Shown here piece after piece: positions 63,201-64,000 of a stretch of DNA of 64,000 nucleotides (the first letter of the stretch is position 1; the number at the start of each line of letters is the position of its first letter). The notes under the pieces are model-generated. The model saw only the letters and a program-made list of their open reading frames with translations. It had not been told where the DNA came from and made no database searches. Both the position numbers and the translations under genes were made by a program. Origin of the DNA: Deltaproteobacteria bacterium (lineage in GTDB: Bacteria; Myxococcota_A; UBA9042); assembly GCA_020632665.1 (NCBI GenBank), contig JACKFC010000017.1, positions 40,423-104,422 on the forward strand, given 5' to 3'.

Positions 63201-64000
63201 GCAGCGAGAGCCTGCAGGATCTCGACGGCGACGGCCTGATCGGCGCGCTCGACGTCGACTCCGACAACGACGGCATTCTCGACGGCACCGAGGCCGGCAT
63301 CACCGCGCCGCTGCCGGGGACCGACCTCGCTCGCGGCGCCTTCGTCGCCGACCAAGACCCCGGCACGACCACCAACCCGAACAGCGTCGACAGCGACGGC
63401 GACGGCATCCGCGACGGCGCCGAAGACGTCGACCACGACGGCAAGGTTCAGCCGGGCGAATCCGATCCGACCGACAAGAACGTCGCCGTGGCGCTCACCG
63501 ACTCCGATGTCGACGGCCTGCCCGACGCCGAGGAGGTCCACATCGGCAGCGATCCCTTCGACGCCGACACCGACGACGACGGCGTCCTCGACGCGGCGGA
63601 GTGGAATTTCTCCCACGACACCGACGGCGACGGCCTGCCCAACGCCATCGACCCCGACGGCGACAACGACGGCCTGCCGGACGGCCTCGAGCGCGGCCTG
63701 ACCGACGCGACCTCGGCCACCGACCGGATGCGCCACGCCTTCGTCGCCGACGCCGATCCGGCGAGCACGACCTCGCCGCTGCGCGCCGACAGCGACGGCG
63801 ACGGCATCTCCGACGGCTTCGAGGACGCCGATATGGACGGCAAGCCCGACGCCCCCGGGAGCGTCGCCGCCGATAGCGACGGCGACGGCCTGCCCGACGC
63901 CGCCGAGGCCCGGATCGGCAGCGATCCACTCGACGCCGACAGCGACGACGACGGCATCCCCGACGGCGCCGAGGACAACGCCCGCTTCGACGACGACGGC
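60293..64000 (+). CDS. Secreted giant protein made of thrombospondin type-3 (TSP3) calcium-binding repeats, 3' end outside the window (more than 1235 aa)
   Basis: Not in the ORF track because it has no stop in the window. The frame is open from the ATG at 60293 to the edge. Signal peptide MSTTSRLGAFLCALLLPSLAFA. More than 45 DxDxDGxxDxxE units (DTDGDGLSDG...). Confidence 0.85.
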   Translation, partial: MSTTSRLGAFLCALLLPSLAFAVDSDADGLDDAWELSNLGTLDSGPTDDPDADGLDNAGELEAKTHPLVADTDGDGLSDGKELAPDKAGQSSDPTRVDTDKDGLSDGDEVLIHGSHPGKSDTDGDGLTDGAEVLQHKTSPLLADTDGGLSDDGVEVLKDKTDPTKPDDDLYDSDGDGLSDWVELNQTKTNRFLADTDGDGLSDGDEVDKYGTPPLDADADDDGLSDGEELLVVGTDPFVADTDKDGLVDGVEHYTHQTDPLRVDSDWDTLGDGDEVLKYGSNPLAADSDGGGVFDPVEVADKTDPADPNDDVGQDPDGDGLSTSYEVLVSKTAPDDADSDGDGLPDGQEVFPLDDRLVTPPLDADADDDGLLDGNEGGISKDGSPGAMQNGKPSPLVADSDVDGLPDGLELGLAAPQKSAKDPDATAGKSFLADSDPSSKTSPVKADTDGDGLPDGIEDANKNGAWDGQPGGKETDPTVADTDGDGMDDGWESQYAGTAGQGTPLDPLDGADGPLDPDLDGLTNLQEYENLWPSADGTLVRQSTHPRKADTDDDGLLDGVEVKASYGGSPAGVPGSNPNDADTDGDGLHDGVEDQDHDGKVGKIASTGLLEPNPKIPDSDGDGLSDGAEDKNHDGFWDKSTGETAATIADSDGDFLADGAEVQTYGTDPNAADTDGDGLPDALEVGKQGDLDPSSKTNPNKADTDGDGLSDGVEDANHDGSRGPSETDPLAADTDGDGLPDGLEDKNDNAKVDAGETDPLDADSDDDGLYDGAEDKNKSGSKDPDETDPLLADTDGGGSSDGDEKKVGTNPLLAKDDYAGDADGDGILTGVEVGLGTNPQSADSDGDGIGDAVETASAATPTGGAAIDTDGDGTIDALDADSDGDGLPDAIEAGDADLATPAADSNADGVADYRSLDSDSDGVADEDEAGYGTSPTKADTDADGLGDGKEIDLGTDPTFGDSDHDGLPDGSESLQDLDGDGLIGALDVDSDNDGILDGTEAGITAPLPGTDLARGAFVADQDPGTTTNPNSVDSDGDGIRDGAEDVDHDGKVQPGESDPTDKNVAVALTDSDVDGLPDAEEVHIGSDPFDADTDDDGVLDAAEWNFSHDTDGDGLPNAIDPDGDNDGLPDGLERGLTDATSATDRMRHAFVADADPASTTSPLRADSDGDGISDGFEDADMDGKPDAPGSVAADSDGDGLPDAAEARIGSDPLDADSDDDGIPDGAEDNARFDDDG

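Noticed and set aside
60344-63978. Minus-strand ORFs including the 700-aa 60344..62446
   Set aside because: Antisense to the open plus-strand TSP3-repeat frame that runs to the window edge. Their Val/Gly/Ala-rich periodic product mirrors the sense repeats.
1-64000. CRISPR arrays, integrases/transposases, prophage genes, toxin-antitoxin pairs
   Set aside because: No direct-repeat/spacer arrays and no recognisable recombinase, transposase or phage structural motifs were seen in any frame. The tandem repeats present are all in-frame coding repeats.

Overview
This 64 kb window is about 70% GC, contains no rRNA, tRNA, CRISPR or transposase genes, and looks like Myxococcota chromosome. The lineage call rests on a MYXO-CTERM sorting signal, Myxococcus-type cysteine-rich repeats, a GltJ/AgmX-like zinc-ribbon/GYF protein, Hanks-type kinases and thrombospondin type 3 (TSP3) giant proteins. 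Coding density is high, and genes alternate between housekeeping operons and lineage-specific surface-protein loci. The housekeeping genes are the ddl 3' end, prmC-thiE-rimI-like-engB-rnj-thiolase-ftsB-like-GAF histidine kinase, lepA, and ahcY-aminotransferase-rlmM-like-dapB. The main lineage-specific locus is a co-directional block: a Ser/Thr kinase, a TPR-like protein, a 1310-aa Cys-repeat lipoprotein with a formylglycine-generating-enzyme/sulfatase-modifying (FGE-sulfatase) domain, and a 1357-aa Cys-repeat protein carrying an M23 peptidase, a possible C39-like domain and MYXO-CTERM. The second giant gene contains near-identical 150-bp tandem repeats. Other notable items are listed below.
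- An orphan CcmE-family haem chaperone of the CxxxY type.
- A LonN-ABC-ABC-membrane operon with no permease gene.
- An operon linking a GltJ-like protein, a deoxynucleoside kinase and an adenosine-deaminase-fold protein that has lost all catalytic zinc ligands.
- A roughly 590-bp lower-GC non-coding region ending in a strong intrinsic terminator just before a ClpA/B-like ATPase whose second ATPase module is degenerate.
- A bacterial calpain-like protease followed, in frame across a single TAG, by a parallel beta-helix ORF.
- An 88-aa homologue of archaeal chromatin protein MC1.
- Further giant Cys-repeat and TSP3-repeat surface proteins.
The ORF track omits ORFs that run off the window edge; ddl and the TSP3 gene were read directly from the sequence.
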